Shown here: in pieces, positions 30,074 to 39,881 of the stretch
How positions within the stretch are numbered: the first letter of the stretch is position 1
Layout of the letters: each line of letters opens with the position of its first letter
From: a virus
Length of the DNA: 64,000 nucleotides
Virus record (IMG/VR): IMGVR_UViG_3300034062_003747
Span: 13,826 to 77,825 of that record
Strand: one strand, 5' to 3'
Notes under the pieces: generated by a model
Databases searched by the model: none
Seen by the model: the letters and a program-made list of their open reading frames with translations, nothing else
What the model was told of the DNA's origin: nothing
Program-made: the position numbers and the translations under genes

Positions 30074-31249
30074 TTAAAATGAAAAAAATTGATTTACCTT
30101 TTCGGTATCTACTCTACATCCCAATCGAAGTTCCCCAATTGGTTTTAGTAAATCTGAATATCCTTCGATGGTATCTCCATCATATTCGTGACAATATGAT
30201 GCTCTTACTTTTATTGTTTTATATACATCCGAATGTTCATTGTTATCATGTCTAACCTTACCATTGAATAACGTAGGTTTCCAATTATCAGTATGATTAT
30301 TTCTATAAATTCCTAATGCAGGATTAATAGTTTTGGTATAGAATTTACCACCAATACTTTTTAATATACCCCCACAAAATTCTGATATCTTACTTCCAAT
30401 TCCCATACCTTGATAATCTGGGTGTACTACGATTCTACTTTCTCTAAACACTTTAAACCCACCATTCTTTCCTAAGTGTCTACCTATAACGTTTATTGCA
30501 ATGGGTTTATTGTTCCATTCAAACAAAAGAAATATATAAGTGCGATTTACACTTTCAGTTAGATAATGATGTTTTTTGAAGAAGTCAAAAGTTTCAGGTT
30601 CGACCCTACTAACTTGTAAAGAGATTTCGGGTCTTCCGAGCCGAAGATAGTCAGGCCTTTCGAGCCCGCCTCCTTTTAATGGGGTATAAATCCAATCCGG
30701 CATAACCCATTCCATAATATCAAAATGACAAGATGCAAGTATAACCTTTTTCTTTTCTCTACGAATATACTTTTGTAATGCCAAACTCATTGCCTTAGCA
30801 ACATCTCTATCCACTACTGATGTGTACTCATCTACTAAAATAGTTTCACCTTCTTTTGATGATGCAACTAAATAGGCAAGATATGCACGATATTGTTCTC
30901 CATTACTTAATAAACGAAATGGTCTTAACCAAGTTGGAACTGATGATAATCCAATTGATGTTAGGACTCTACTTGCTTCATCTGGTTCTAACCAATCAAA
31001 ATTTGAAATAAGGGGTTTATCTACATCAAACTCAATAGTTTTAATACCACCTAATTCTTTTAAGATTGTGGATTTACCACTACCACTTCCGCCATATATC
31101 ACACCTACATTCCACTCAAATGAATTAAGACCATCAATATCCATTGGAATGGTTACACTGGTCTCTTCTCTATTTTGAATATCAAACGCATCATACACAT
31201 ATTCGGTGTACTTATCATTTTGTATTTTTGATGTAAGTGTAATGTTCAT
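30074..31249 (-). CDS. ABC-type ATPase fused to GNAT acetyltransferase
   Basis: Walker A GGSGSGKST, signature LSNGEQ, Walker B ILVDE, H-loop SCH; GNAT motif A VVHPDYQGMGIG. Confidence 0.8.
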   Translation of the reverse strand: MNITLTSKIQNDKYTEYVYDAFDIQNREETSVTIPMDIDGLNSFEWNVGVIYGGSGSGKSTILKELGGIKTIEFDVDKPLISNFDWLEPDEASRVLTSIGLSSVPTWLRPFRLLSNGEQYRAYLAYLVASSKEGETILVDEYTSVVDRDVAKAMSLALQKYIRREKKKVILASCHFDIMEWVMPDWIYTPLKGGGLERPDYLRLGRPEISLQVSRVEPETFDFFKKHHYLTESVNRTYIFLLFEWNNKPIAINVIGRHLGKNGGFKVFRESRIVVHPDYQGMGIGSKISEFCGGILKSIGGKFYTKTINPALGIYRNNHTDNWKPTLFNGKVRHDNNEHSDVYKTIKVRASYCHEYDGDTIEGYSDLLKPIGELRLGCRVDTEKVNQFFSF

Positions 31250-31250
31250 A

Positions 31251-31523
31251 TTAATGTTTTATTTTATTATCTTCATCTAACATTTTATGTGACCTTAACA
31301 TAATACTACCTTTGATTGTTCCTTTTAAATTATCTTCATCAATTACTCTATCCACACCAACGTATGATGTAGTTTTTACTTTAATCATTTCAGCTAATGC
31401 TGCCTTTGCAATCATATCCGTTCTACTTCGTTTACCCCTTGTTGTATCAGTACCCAATAATGGTGCATCAAAGTCTACATCTATTTCTAAATTAATTTTG
31501 TATTTAAATGTCATATTAAGCAA
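31251..31523 (-). CDS. Hypothetical protein
   Basis: ORF in operon. Confidence 0.5.
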   Translation of the reverse strand: MLNMTFKYKINLEIDVDFDAPLLGTDTTRGKRSRTDMIAKAALAEMIKVKTTSYVGVDRVIDEDNLKGTIKGSIMLRSHKMLDEDNKIKH

Positions 31524-31788
31524 TTGCTTTTACTTTTGTAAAATTAAAACTTCTCCAGCCGGTTTTTTCTATATCCCAAACTGTAATTAAATCTGATTCA
31601 ACTACGTTTCCGTTTTCATCTAACTTAACAACCTTATCAGTTTTAGGATGAAACTCTTGTGGGATTTTACTAATTAGCTTTGTACATAACATTGTTCTAT
31701 CAGTACCATCTGCTTTTGTAAAAGTTACTGATACCACTTCCGTTTGTAATTTTTCTACTAATTCGTGTTTTGTAATAATTAATTCCAT
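31516..31788 (-). CDS. WYL_2 / SH3-like beta-barrel protein
   Basis: VTFTKADGTDRTMLCT...VWDIEKTGWRSF. Confidence 0.7.
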   Translation of the reverse strand: MELIITKHELVEKLQTEVVSVTFTKADGTDRTMLCTKLISKIPQEFHPKTDKVVKLDENGNVVESDLITVWDIEKTGWRSFNFTKVKAIA

Positions 31789-32201
31789 TTTTCGTTTATT
31801 TTTATTGTTTTTAAATCGTTTCGTTGTTTAAATTCTCTTTCGGTTTCTCTATCATAGCGTTCTTTAAATTGTGAAATTCTAACAAACTCTTCGTATGCTT
31901 CTCTATGATAATGTTTAATGTGCTCGATTCCTAATTCATATCTGAATATGATTTCTTCATATCTTAATTCTTTATAATCAAACCCATCTCCTTGAACTTT
32001 TATTTCAAGTTGTAATGAATCAATTGTACGTTGTAACGAATCTATTGTATGAGTTTGAATCTGATAGTTTTCTCTACTCATTACAACAACCGGTTTATCT
32101 TTGTTATTCATACTAAATCCTATTGATACTATTGCCACTGCTATAATTCCAACTATTAGTATTGTACCTAATGTAATTTTTAATTTATCGCCAATATCCA
32201 T
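31779..32201 (-). CDS. Membrane-anchored hypothetical protein
   Basis: N-terminal TM helix, coiled coil. Confidence 0.55.
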   Translation of the reverse strand: MDIGDKLKITLGTILIVGIIAVAIVSIGFSMNNKDKPVVVMSRENYQIQTHTIDSLQRTIDSLQLEIKVQGDGFDYKELRYEEIIFRYELGIEHIKHYHREAYEEFVRISQFKERYDRETEREFKQRNDLKTIKINEKWN

Positions 32202-32202
32202 A

Positions 32203-32487
32203 TTAATTAATGTTTATAAACTGTGAACGTTTATACTCTTTTTTCAGTTGGTAATCGTATTTCCAATTTTTAATAATTTCTTCTGCTTGAGATTTATTTT
32301 GAAATGGATAATCACCCGATACCCATACTTTAAATGGTAGTATACCCATGCTTGTTCTGAACCACACTTTTTGTTGTGGTTGATACATTCGGATTCCGTT
32401 GACAACAAAAGTTTCGATTCGATACTTTGGTTTTGCTTCTAACGTTATTACTCCCAATAACATTAGTACTATTAATAGTTTTTTCAT
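32203..32487 (-). CDS. Secreted hypothetical protein
   Basis: MKKLLIVLMLLGVITLEA signal peptide. Confidence 0.55.
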   Translation of the reverse strand: MKKLLIVLMLLGVITLEAKPKYRIETFVVNGIRMYQPQQKVWFRTSMGILPFKVWVSGDYPFQNKSQAEEIIKNWKYDYQLKKEYKRSQFININ

Positions 32488-32495
32488 ATCAAAAG

Positions 32496-32527
32496 CTAAG
32501 ATACGAAAAAAATCTTAGAATACCAAA
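32496..32527 (-). promoter_or_regulatory. Bacteroidota-type sigma promoter
   Basis: TTTGG...CGTATCTTAG, 32-bp unit. Confidence 0.7.
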
Positions 32528-33913
32528 TTATTTCCTAAGATTTTCTAAACGAAGAATTTCATCTTTAATTTTCTGATTATATGGATTCCATTTTATGTTA
32601 TCCAATAACCATTTACGATAGTAGGGTGGAATCGATGCTACTGGTTTGTTTGCATACTTACCAAACGTCATATAAATCTTTTGTATCTCCCCCTCTTCGT
32701 TTCGTTGTTCAGATAAATTAATACCACCCTCTAAATGGATTCCAATTTCATGCATTGGGATACCGGTAAGTTTCTTTTTATTTTCACCATACAATTCCCA
32801 TATACCATCCTCATCTTCTTTATAGTAAAGAGATTCTACTTTACCGAACTTATCAACTGCTCCAACAAAATCTACAACTAAACAATTTTGTTTATTATCG
32901 TGAATACGAGTTCCTCTCCCCACAAACTGATACCACCACGAAATTGATGCAGTAGGTCGACCTGTGATTAAACAATCTAATTCTGGATAATCAAATCCAA
33001 CTGTCAATACGTTGACTTGAACAATAACTCTAATTTTTTGATTACGAAATTCTTCGATGATTCGGTTACGTTCTCCAGTTGGGGTTTCTCCATGTACTAC
33101 TGCGGCAGATGGAATCTTTCCTGCTAATTGTGTTGCTTGAATAATGGTTGGTACTGCAATTAATATTGATTTTCTATCTTGTAGTTCTCTAACTTTCTTT
33201 ACAATTTTATCTTGTAGGTTTTGATTCTCATATGCACGTGCAATGGAATCATTTGTATATTCAGCACCAGATGAATTATATACTAATGCTCCGGTATCAA
33301 AATCATATGATTGATATTCTAATGGAGTCCAAAATCCCATCTTCACAATTTCTTCAATTTGAGAAACGTGAATAATATGTTTAAAAAATGTTCCATGTTT
33401 AGAACGATTAGTTAACATTACCAATTTAGAATATGGACCAGTCTCACTCATATTAGTTTGTAGTTTAAGTGGAGTTGCGGTTAACCCCAATACATGAGTT
33501 GCCTTCATACCATCTATAAACTTTCTTAGTTGTCCGTTCTTATCTCTTGGGTATCTATCACACTCATCTATTATAACTTTGGTAATTCCTAACTCTCTGA
33601 ATTTCCACGCAATGTTTATGATAGAACCGATTGTTGCATAGGTAATATCACCAATCTCTTTCTCACCCATTGATGCAGAATAGATTGATGCCTTACCACC
33701 TAAGTTAATAAGTTTATTGTAGTTTTGTTCTAATAATTCTTTTGAAGGTTGGATTACCAATACCTTTTCATTGATACCCTTTGCGATATAGGCAATAACA
33801 ATCGACTTACCGAATGCAGTAGGTGCAACGATAATCGATGGTGCCATTTTTGGTGTGTTAAAAAACTCAATACCAATAGCAACTGGTTCTAATTGATAAT
33901 CTCTTAATTTCAT
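32528..33913 (-). CDS. SF2 helicase (RadD/UvsW-like)
   Basis: LRDYQ, APTAFGKS, IIDECD, GLTATP, LTVGFD, QFVGRGTR; C-terminal MTFGKY...YRKW domain. Confidence 0.85.
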   Translation of the reverse strand: MKLRDYQLEPVAIGIEFFNTPKMAPSIIVAPTAFGKSIVIAYIAKGINEKVLVIQPSKELLEQNYNKLINLGGKASIYSASMGEKEIGDITYATIGSIINIAWKFRELGITKVIIDECDRYPRDKNGQLRKFIDGMKATHVLGLTATPLKLQTNMSETGPYSKLVMLTNRSKHGTFFKHIIHVSQIEEIVKMGFWTPLEYQSYDFDTGALVYNSSGAEYTNDSIARAYENQNLQDKIVKKVRELQDRKSILIAVPTIIQATQLAGKIPSAAVVHGETPTGERNRIIEEFRNQKIRVIVQVNVLTVGFDYPELDCLITGRPTASISWWYQFVGRGTRIHDNKQNCLVVDFVGAVDKFGKVESLYYKEDEDGIWELYGENKKKLTGIPMHEIGIHLEGGINLSEQRNEEGEIQKIYMTFGKYANKPVASIPPYYRKWLLDNIKWNPYNQKIKDEILRLENLRK

Positions 33914-34033
33914 TTAAAAAAGAAATTCAATTAAAATTATACTCAATAGTGTAAAGATTCCTCCAATTATTGCTATTGATGTAAAATTTTCTGAATCTTC
34001 AACCTGTTGTTTTGTTTTTCCTTGATTTTCCAT
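33914..34033 (-). CDS. 39-aa single-TM protein (not in ORF track)
   Basis: MENQGKTKQQVEDSENFTSIAIIGGIFTLLSIILIEFLF; exactly fills the gap. Confidence 0.5.
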   Translation of the reverse strand: MENQGKTKQQVEDSENFTSIAIIGGIFTLLSIILIEFLF

Positions 34034-34034
34034 A

Positions 34035-34928
34035 TTATTTTATAAAAGGTAATATTGCTAATTCTTTTGCTTTTGCTTCAACCATAATATCTACATTGTT
34101 ACCATATGTGTTAGGTAATGAATTGATATAAAGGGAATGGGCTTGTAGTTTTTCTTTTGGATTATTTTCGTGTAATGCTTTTGATTCTGAATAGTGTACA
34201 ACGGGAGTAATTCCTTCGGGCCAAGTTGTGATTGCTAATTTAAGTGCTTGTTCTTCGGATAAATCACCGGTACAAAATTGGTGGTGGTGGTAATCGAATA
34301 CAATAGGAATACCAATTGCATTATGGACATACATAAGGTCTTTAACTGAATACATAGATGCCTTATCATCATTCTCTATTGTTAACCGCTTACGAACCGA
34401 TGGAGAGAGTCTTTGGAAGTTAGTGATGAATCTATCCAATGCGGATTTTTTATCTCCATAAACACCATTACAATGAATATTAATCTTATTGTAAGGAGTT
34501 TTAGATAATCCCATCATGTCGAATATCTTACCATGCAATTCTAAATCAGCAAGTGTTTTTAATACAACCGATTCGTTAGGTGAAACTAATACATTGAATG
34601 GACCAGGGTGGGAAGTAATACGAATATTATGAAACTTAGCAAAATCACCAGCCTTTTTAAGTTCTGATTTGATTTCCTTATAATCTTTGAGTTGAGTAAT
34701 ATCGATATGGTCACCCCACGGGATAAGAGTAGATGATAAACGAAACAATTTAATTCCGTTCATTCTATTCCATTCTAAAATCTTAATGATATCTTTGGAG
34801 TTAAGTAGGGCTAGTTCGGAAACGTAATCCATGCCTTTGGCTTGGAATGTCCGGTTAACCATACTTCGGTTAGTAGTAACTTTTTTACCCATACTCATAT
34901 TAATACAAGCATATCCTAAATTCATCAT
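34035..34928 (-). CDS. uvsE: UV-damage endonuclease
   Basis: LGYACIN, FRLSS, HPGPF, IENDDK, FDYHHH, HYSES, MVEAKAKE. Confidence 0.92.
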   Translation of the reverse strand: MMNLGYACINMSMGKKVTTNRSMVNRTFQAKGMDYVSELALLNSKDIIKILEWNRMNGIKLFRLSSTLIPWGDHIDITQLKDYKEIKSELKKAGDFAKFHNIRITSHPGPFNVLVSPNESVVLKTLADLELHGKIFDMMGLSKTPYNKINIHCNGVYGDKKSALDRFITNFQRLSPSVRKRLTIENDDKASMYSVKDLMYVHNAIGIPIVFDYHHHQFCTGDLSEEQALKLAITTWPEGITPVVHYSESKALHENNPKEKLQAHSLYINSLPNTYGNNVDIMVEAKAKELAILPFIK

Positions 34929-34950
34929 TCTAATACAATTTGTTGTTATA

Positions 34951-34982
34951 CAAATATACGAAATATATCTGATAATACCAAA
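34951..34982 (-). promoter_or_regulatory. Bacteroidota-type sigma promoter
   Basis: TTTGG...CGTATATTTG, 32-bp unit. Confidence 0.72.
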
Positions 34983-35381
34983 TTATTTATCATATAATTT
35001 ATTTATTATATGTGTTGAACTAAAGCCTTCCATTTGAGGGAAATAGATAATTTCACCCACATACTCACTTCCTATAATTCTTTTACCCCTATATTCTTCA
35101 CCGATAACCATAATGGCCGGCATCATAGTTTTAATAAGTATTTCTAACTCTTCATCTGAATTAAATGATACTACCCTATCCACATATTTAATAGCATCTA
35201 ATAGGGCAATTCTACTTACTAAATTATTTATGGGTCTTTGTTCGCCTTTTAATTCCTTAACTCTTCTGTCACCATCAACCCCAACAATTAGGAAATCACC
35301 TAAATCGGCCGCCCTCTTTAATAATTGAATATGACCTAAGTGGACGATATCAAATGTACCATTTACCCAAACTTTTATCAT
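34983..35381 (-). CDS. Cytidylyltransferase family (RfaE domain II / HldC-like)
   Basis: NGTFDIVHLGH, KG..RPIN, GFSST.II. Confidence 0.85.
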   Translation of the reverse strand: MIKVWVNGTFDIVHLGHIQLLKRAADLGDFLIVGVDGDRRVKELKGEQRPINNLVSRIALLDAIKYVDRVVSFNSDEELEILIKTMMPAIMVIGEEYRGKRIIGSEYVGEIIYFPQMEGFSSTHIINKLYDK

Positions 35382-35752
35382 AATAAATCATTTGGTGTTT
35401 TTCTATAAATTCTATATGAATCCGAATCAAAGTGTTCCGTACTTACCTCGTACACAACTCCCTTTTCTTGCAAGGAAGTAAGTTGGTGTGGTGTTCCCTT
35501 TTCAATATAAACTGAATCGCCGGGGTTTAGAATTTCTTTTTTTATTATACCAATCTTAGTATCAATCCATCTGAACTCAAATTGTCCATCTTGTATATAC
35601 CACGTTTCGTTTTTAAGCATATGATAATGCATTGAAAACTTGTCACCTTTTTCTGCGAAAACTAAAAGTTTACCACAATATTGTGCATCGTTATGAACCC
35701 ATAGTTCATATCCCCACGACTTTTGTACTTTTGTTGGTCTTGTTATTATCAT
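35378..35752 (-). CDS. Cupin protein (sugar isomerase-like)
   Basis: KSWGYE, SMHYH..KNETW, PHQL, EVST; start at MIITRP overlaps the upstream stop. Confidence 0.75.
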   Translation of the reverse strand: MIITRPTKVQKSWGYELWVHNDAQYCGKLLVFAEKGDKFSMHYHMLKNETWYIQDGQFEFRWIDTKIGIIKKEILNPGDSVYIEKGTPHQLTSLQEKGVVYEVSTEHFDSDSYRIYRKTPNDLL

Positions 35753-36072
35753 ACTGCAAAACTTTCTCCACATCCACATGTACGGGATGCGTTTGGGTTT
35801 ATAAATTCAAATCCTTTACCATTTAATCCGTCTGAGAAATTTAATTCTGTTCCGTAAAGATATAATAGGGATTTGTTGTCTACTAAAATTTTTACTCCTT
35901 TATCTTCTGCTAGATTATCTCTTGCCTGTTGGTCAGTATCAAATGAAAGGTCATATGACAATCCACTACATCCACCACCTTTAATGGAAACTCTAACGAA
36001 GGGAGTTTTAAATCCACTTTCTTCAATGAGTGAACTTAGTTTTTTAGCTGCCGTTTCTGATACTGTTACCAT
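35749..36072 (-). CDS. iscA: A-type Fe-S carrier (IscA/SufA/ErpA family)
   Basis: GGGCSGLSY and NPNASRTCGCGESF. Confidence 0.93.
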   Translation of the reverse strand: MVTVSETAAKKLSSLIEESGFKTPFVRVSIKGGGCSGLSYDLSFDTDQQARDNLAEDKGVKILVDNKSLLYLYGTELNFSDGLNGKGFEFINPNASRTCGCGESFAV

Positions 36073-36074
36073 TG

Positions 36075-37277
36075 TTAATAAGTTTTGCTTGAAAAATCGG
36101 TTGGATATTGAGATGGTTTTATGTATCTAATCCAATAGTTAACCGCGTTCTGGTCGTTTATCCATTTTGTTTTATCTGCCCAATCAAACCCTTCCGATGC
36201 GTAATAGGGTTTATAATCTCTGATTATTTGAGCCCTATTTGGGTGTGCAGTTACTTCATCTATTAATCCATCACCATCCGTATCGTATCCATCAATAGAA
36301 CCATCCCTATCGTAATCAATTGGTCTGACTGTATAATCGGGTTGGAGGTTTAATAACTCTTCATCTGGATTATCTACTAATGGGTTATCAAATGGTGGTT
36401 CGTATAATCCCGCTTGTTGATTATCTTCCACCATACCACCTAAGATATCGTCTTTAGTAGAATTTTTTCCACTATCTTTATATATTTGATAATTTTTTTC
36501 CACTAACGGGTCATTCTCACCATACATATTTTTCTTACCAATCAATCCATTAAATGCAATGATAAGGGCAACTGCAAGTGGGTCAAACACAAATACAATA
36601 ATAAATATAAAAAACTTAACAACGGAGTTAAGGGGTACATTGAACGCCTCTGCTACAAAACGAAACCCACCAACTTCTTTTTCTAATTCGATATTATTAT
36701 TTTTAATAACATTTATAGAATCTAACGCTGCATTATTTTTTATAGTTAATTCATCAATTCGTTTTGATATGGAACTAATTTCTCTATCTGCAGATTTAAT
36801 CATCTGAGATACTCTTGATGTAGATTTATCCTTATCAATTTGTTTAGATAAGTTACTCTCTTGAGAATTACGAATATTTTGTTGGTTAGTTAATTGAGTA
36901 GAGTAACGGGTTATCTCCCCATCGTTCTTAGTGATTTGAGTTTGATACACTGCAATATCTCTATCTACCTTTTGTAATCCTAAATTTTGTTGTTGGAAAG
37001 CATTAGAAAGGTATCCAAAAATACCGGCAGAGGTAATCAACATAAGAATACCTACGGCACTTGTTAGATACCACTTATTAAACCCACCAATATCATCCCA
37101 CTTTTGTTTTAGATAAGTGGCTGCAACTAATTTAGCAAATTCTAATGAACCTGCCATTACCATTACTGAAAGTGAAGCACCGGCAAATAGAACACCCAAT
37201 CCCGTTACTGAAAAGTACGCAGCACATCCAGCAACGATTACTGCTGATAATCCGACCAAATACTTTAACCAATTCAT
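36075..37277 (-). CDS. Multi-pass membrane protein with coiled coil and DxDxDG loops
   Basis: Three N-terminal TMs, coiled coil, VFDPLAVAL TM, DYDRDGSIDGYDTDGDGLID. Confidence 0.6.
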   Translation of the reverse strand: MNWLKYLVGLSAVIVAGCAAYFSVTGLGVLFAGASLSVMVMAGSLEFAKLVAATYLKQKWDDIGGFNKWYLTSAVGILMLITSAGIFGYLSNAFQQQNLGLQKVDRDIAVYQTQITKNDGEITRYSTQLTNQQNIRNSQESNLSKQIDKDKSTSRVSQMIKSADREISSISKRIDELTIKNNAALDSINVIKNNNIELEKEVGGFRFVAEAFNVPLNSVVKFFIFIIVFVFDPLAVALIIAFNGLIGKKNMYGENDPLVEKNYQIYKDSGKNSTKDDILGGMVEDNQQAGLYEPPFDNPLVDNPDEELLNLQPDYTVRPIDYDRDGSIDGYDTDGDGLIDEVTAHPNRAQIIRDYKPYYASEGFDWADKTKWINDQNAVNYWIRYIKPSQYPTDFSSKTY

Positions 37278-37278
37278 T

Positions 37279-37458
37279 TTACGATAAATCTACGAGGTTT
37301 GTTGTTAGTTCTACTAATTTTTCAATTTCATTTGATAACTTAACGGCTTCTGCTTGATTAGCAGGGCGTTCACCTTTTAACATTTCTGCGATAACTTTAG
37401 CTCTTTTAGTAATTGCTTCTAAATTTTCTTGAGCTCTCATTTTGTATTCTTGTTTCAT
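37279..37458 (-). CDS. 59-aa helical hypothetical protein (not in ORF track)
   Basis: MKQEYKMRAQENLEAITKRAK...VDLS; downstream of the late motif at 37481. Confidence 0.55.
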   Translation of the reverse strand: MKQEYKMRAQENLEAITKRAKVIAEMLKGERPANQAEAVKLSNEIEKLVELTTNLVDLS

Positions 37459-37480
37459 AATTTGTATTTAAATGTACACC

Positions 37481-37489
37481 TATAAATAT
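37481..37489 (-). promoter_or_regulatory. Putative late promoter ATATTTATA
   Basis: Intergenic motif 22 nt upstream of ATG 37458. Confidence 0.6.
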
Positions 37490-37533
37490 GTCCGATATAA
37501 AAAAGAGGTAATTTTATATATTTATATATTTAA

Positions 37534-38373
37534 TTAAATTAATTTAGGAACTTGTTTCCAACTAGGGTATGGTAAATTATATGTTGGGAAGTTTAATCTT
37601 AAATACTCATATACATTACATGCATAATCGTAGTTAGTTTTTGGACCAGGATGTACCCCATCTACTCCCTTATCTATTTGTGGTGAAAAATAATTACCAT
37701 CAAACCTATTATTATTATATTCTTTTGGTATCCCATACCATGTAGGTGGAAACGTGGGTATCTCAAACCAACCATTCCATAACCAATTACATCCCTTTGA
37801 CTCTAAAAAATATTTGATTAATTGATGATTTTTATACCAATTAATTAAATCCTCATTATCATTTTGCAATTCAGTTAAATATTTTTGTATTTTTTTACCA
37901 TCTTCAGTTTCTTCCATATATTCTTGTGCCGATGTTGGCATATATGGTTCTACCCCATTATCCTTAGTATATATCTCTCGTCTTAGAGGTGAGGTATACA
38001 TAATTAAAACTAAATCAGGTTTAAGTATTTCATAAAAGGTTATTAGTGCTCTACTTATATAATCATTACTTCCACCAACCCATCCTAAATTAAAATCAAC
38101 CCCATTAGGAATAAGTTTTGAAATTTGATGTGACCAAGTTTCATCATCATTTACTCCCACTCCTTCGGTATTTGAACACCCTATCGACATTATCTTAAAT
38201 CCTTTTTTATGAATTGAATCTCCTCTAAACCCCAATTCATTGTAAGTATATGTACATAATCCAGTACTATCACCACCGGTAGTATTGAATGATTTATTTA
38301 TTCTTTCTTTAAATGAGTTTTTATAAGATAAGGTTTCAAATCCATCTGATGTCCAATATTCTAATGGTTTCAT
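37534..38373 (-). CDS. SGNH/GDSL-like protein
   Basis: YNELGFRG, GCSNTEG, NLG..GGSND, DGVHPG; ends PKLI. Confidence 0.7.
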   Translation of the reverse strand: MKPLEYWTSDGFETLSYKNSFKERINKSFNTTGGDSTGLCTYTYNELGFRGDSIHKKGFKIMSIGCSNTEGVGVNDDETWSHQISKLIPNGVDFNLGWVGGSNDYISRALITFYEILKPDLVLIMYTSPLRREIYTKDNGVEPYMPTSAQEYMEETEDGKKIQKYLTELQNDNEDLINWYKNHQLIKYFLESKGCNWLWNGWFEIPTFPPTWYGIPKEYNNNRFDGNYFSPQIDKGVDGVHPGPKTNYDYACNVYEYLRLNFPTYNLPYPSWKQVPKLI

Positions 38374-39146
38374 ATTGAGTTATTTAAAACAATAAAATCA
38401 TAAAGGGTATTTGCAATTAATTTATATCCATCACCATTTGGGTGTTGAGCCACTTCAATTGGATTTGGTATTTTCTTCTCCCAAATATCTTTATCTTTAA
38501 AATTTTTTATTAACCACGACTCTAAAGATTCAATTCCAAACCCCCAATAATTTGTGGTGTCAATGAGGTGAGTAGTATCGTCATTTTTATTTAAATTCTG
38601 AACCATCAAATCAAACCCATCACACATAATGTATTTTATATTATATTCATTTAACATGTGTTGTAAATAAATTATATAATTTTGATTTATAATATTATAA
38701 TAATTTTGTGTAAATAAATTGCCTAAAAAGAATTTTTTATACTCAGTCAAAAAATTATTAAACTTTTCATCCCCATATGTGTATGATTCTATAAATTTAT
38801 TAGGTAGTTTAGATAGTTCTAATTGACCCCAACTTATCCATTCTCCTTTTGGTAGAAAGGGAACATAATCTCTTAAAGATGAACTCCACATGATAACGAC
38901 AAAATCATCTTTTTTAATTTTATTATTTCTTAAATCATTTATAACCTCATTAAAAATAATATTATTTGCTTTACCGCTCCATCCATTGTTTACAGCCTCT
39001 AACCCCATCTTATTTGCAAGGTGAGTAACCCAACTATTTTTATTTCTAAATAATTGTAATTGATTTCTATCCTTATAAGATTGTTCGGTGGGCCAATCAA
39101 TTCCTACCCCCTCTGTCCAACTATCTCCGTATGCGTATAATTTCAT
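38370..39146 (-). CDS. SGNH/GDSL-like protein
   Basis: YGDSWTEG, N.G.SG..N, QHPNGDGY. Confidence 0.72.
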   Translation of the reverse strand: MKLYAYGDSWTEGVGIDWPTEQSYKDRNQLQLFRNKNSWVTHLANKMGLEAVNNGWSGKANNIIFNEVINDLRNNKIKKDDFVVIMWSSSLRDYVPFLPKGEWISWGQLELSKLPNKFIESYTYGDEKFNNFLTEYKKFFLGNLFTQNYYNIINQNYIIYLQHMLNEYNIKYIMCDGFDLMVQNLNKNDDTTHLIDTTNYWGFGIESLESWLIKNFKDKDIWEKKIPNPIEVAQHPNGDGYKLIANTLYDFIVLNNSI

Positions 39147-39823
39147 ATTATATTTTTTAGTTTACCGTTTAAATTATCTAAGGGCGAATATAACACATGA
39201 GGTTTCCAACATTTAATATAATTATAAAAATTTTTAAAATTATCTAATGGTGGATATAATACAGCCGGATTCCAGTTATCAATTTGATTTATAAAATAAT
39301 TTTCTGCAGAATATCTATTTTCTAATGTTCCCCATCCATTTTTAACATATTGCGGTATTCTATTAATTGATTTAATGGTAGTCCACCAAAAATTACCACC
39401 ATAAAAATTATTAGGACACCAATGTTTAATAATCTCAGGATATTTGATTATATAATTATCAATTCTCATCAACACTCCAGATGTGTCAAACCCCATATTT
39501 AACAACTTAATATGTTCTTTATAATTATCTATCAATGATGCCTCCATATATTTTCTCCACTCAATTTCATATAACTTAGTTGGTTTCGATGCTCCCTTAG
39601 TGTGAATATATAAAATATAATCGGTATTATCAAACTCCTTTACTTCTTCTAACATTTTTAAAAAAGTGTGACATTCGTTTTCGTTAATATTGACAATATT
39701 GGGGTGATATGTGAATTCATCGGTAATCTGATTAAACACTCTTTCCTTTTGTTCCTCAGCTATTTTTAAACCAATGTTATCTGATGTATTACCTGACCAT
39801 ATGTGATGATATATCCGTATCAT
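39143..39823 (-). CDS. Putative glycosyltransferase-like protein
   Basis: LYIHTKG...WR.YM...GNFWW...R..AE; ends KNII. Confidence 0.45.
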   Translation of the reverse strand: MIRIYHHIWSGNTSDNIGLKIAEEQKERVFNQITDEFTYHPNIVNINENECHTFLKMLEEVKEFDNTDYILYIHTKGASKPTKLYEIEWRKYMEASLIDNYKEHIKLLNMGFDTSGVLMRIDNYIIKYPEIIKHWCPNNFYGGNFWWTTIKSINRIPQYVKNGWGTLENRYSAENYFINQIDNWNPAVLYPPLDNFKNFYNYIKCWKPHVLYSPLDNLNGKLKNII

Positions 39824-39881
39824 ATTAATACTTTTTTATTTGTTCTTCTTGTAATTTCTTTTGTTTCATATATTACGATAG

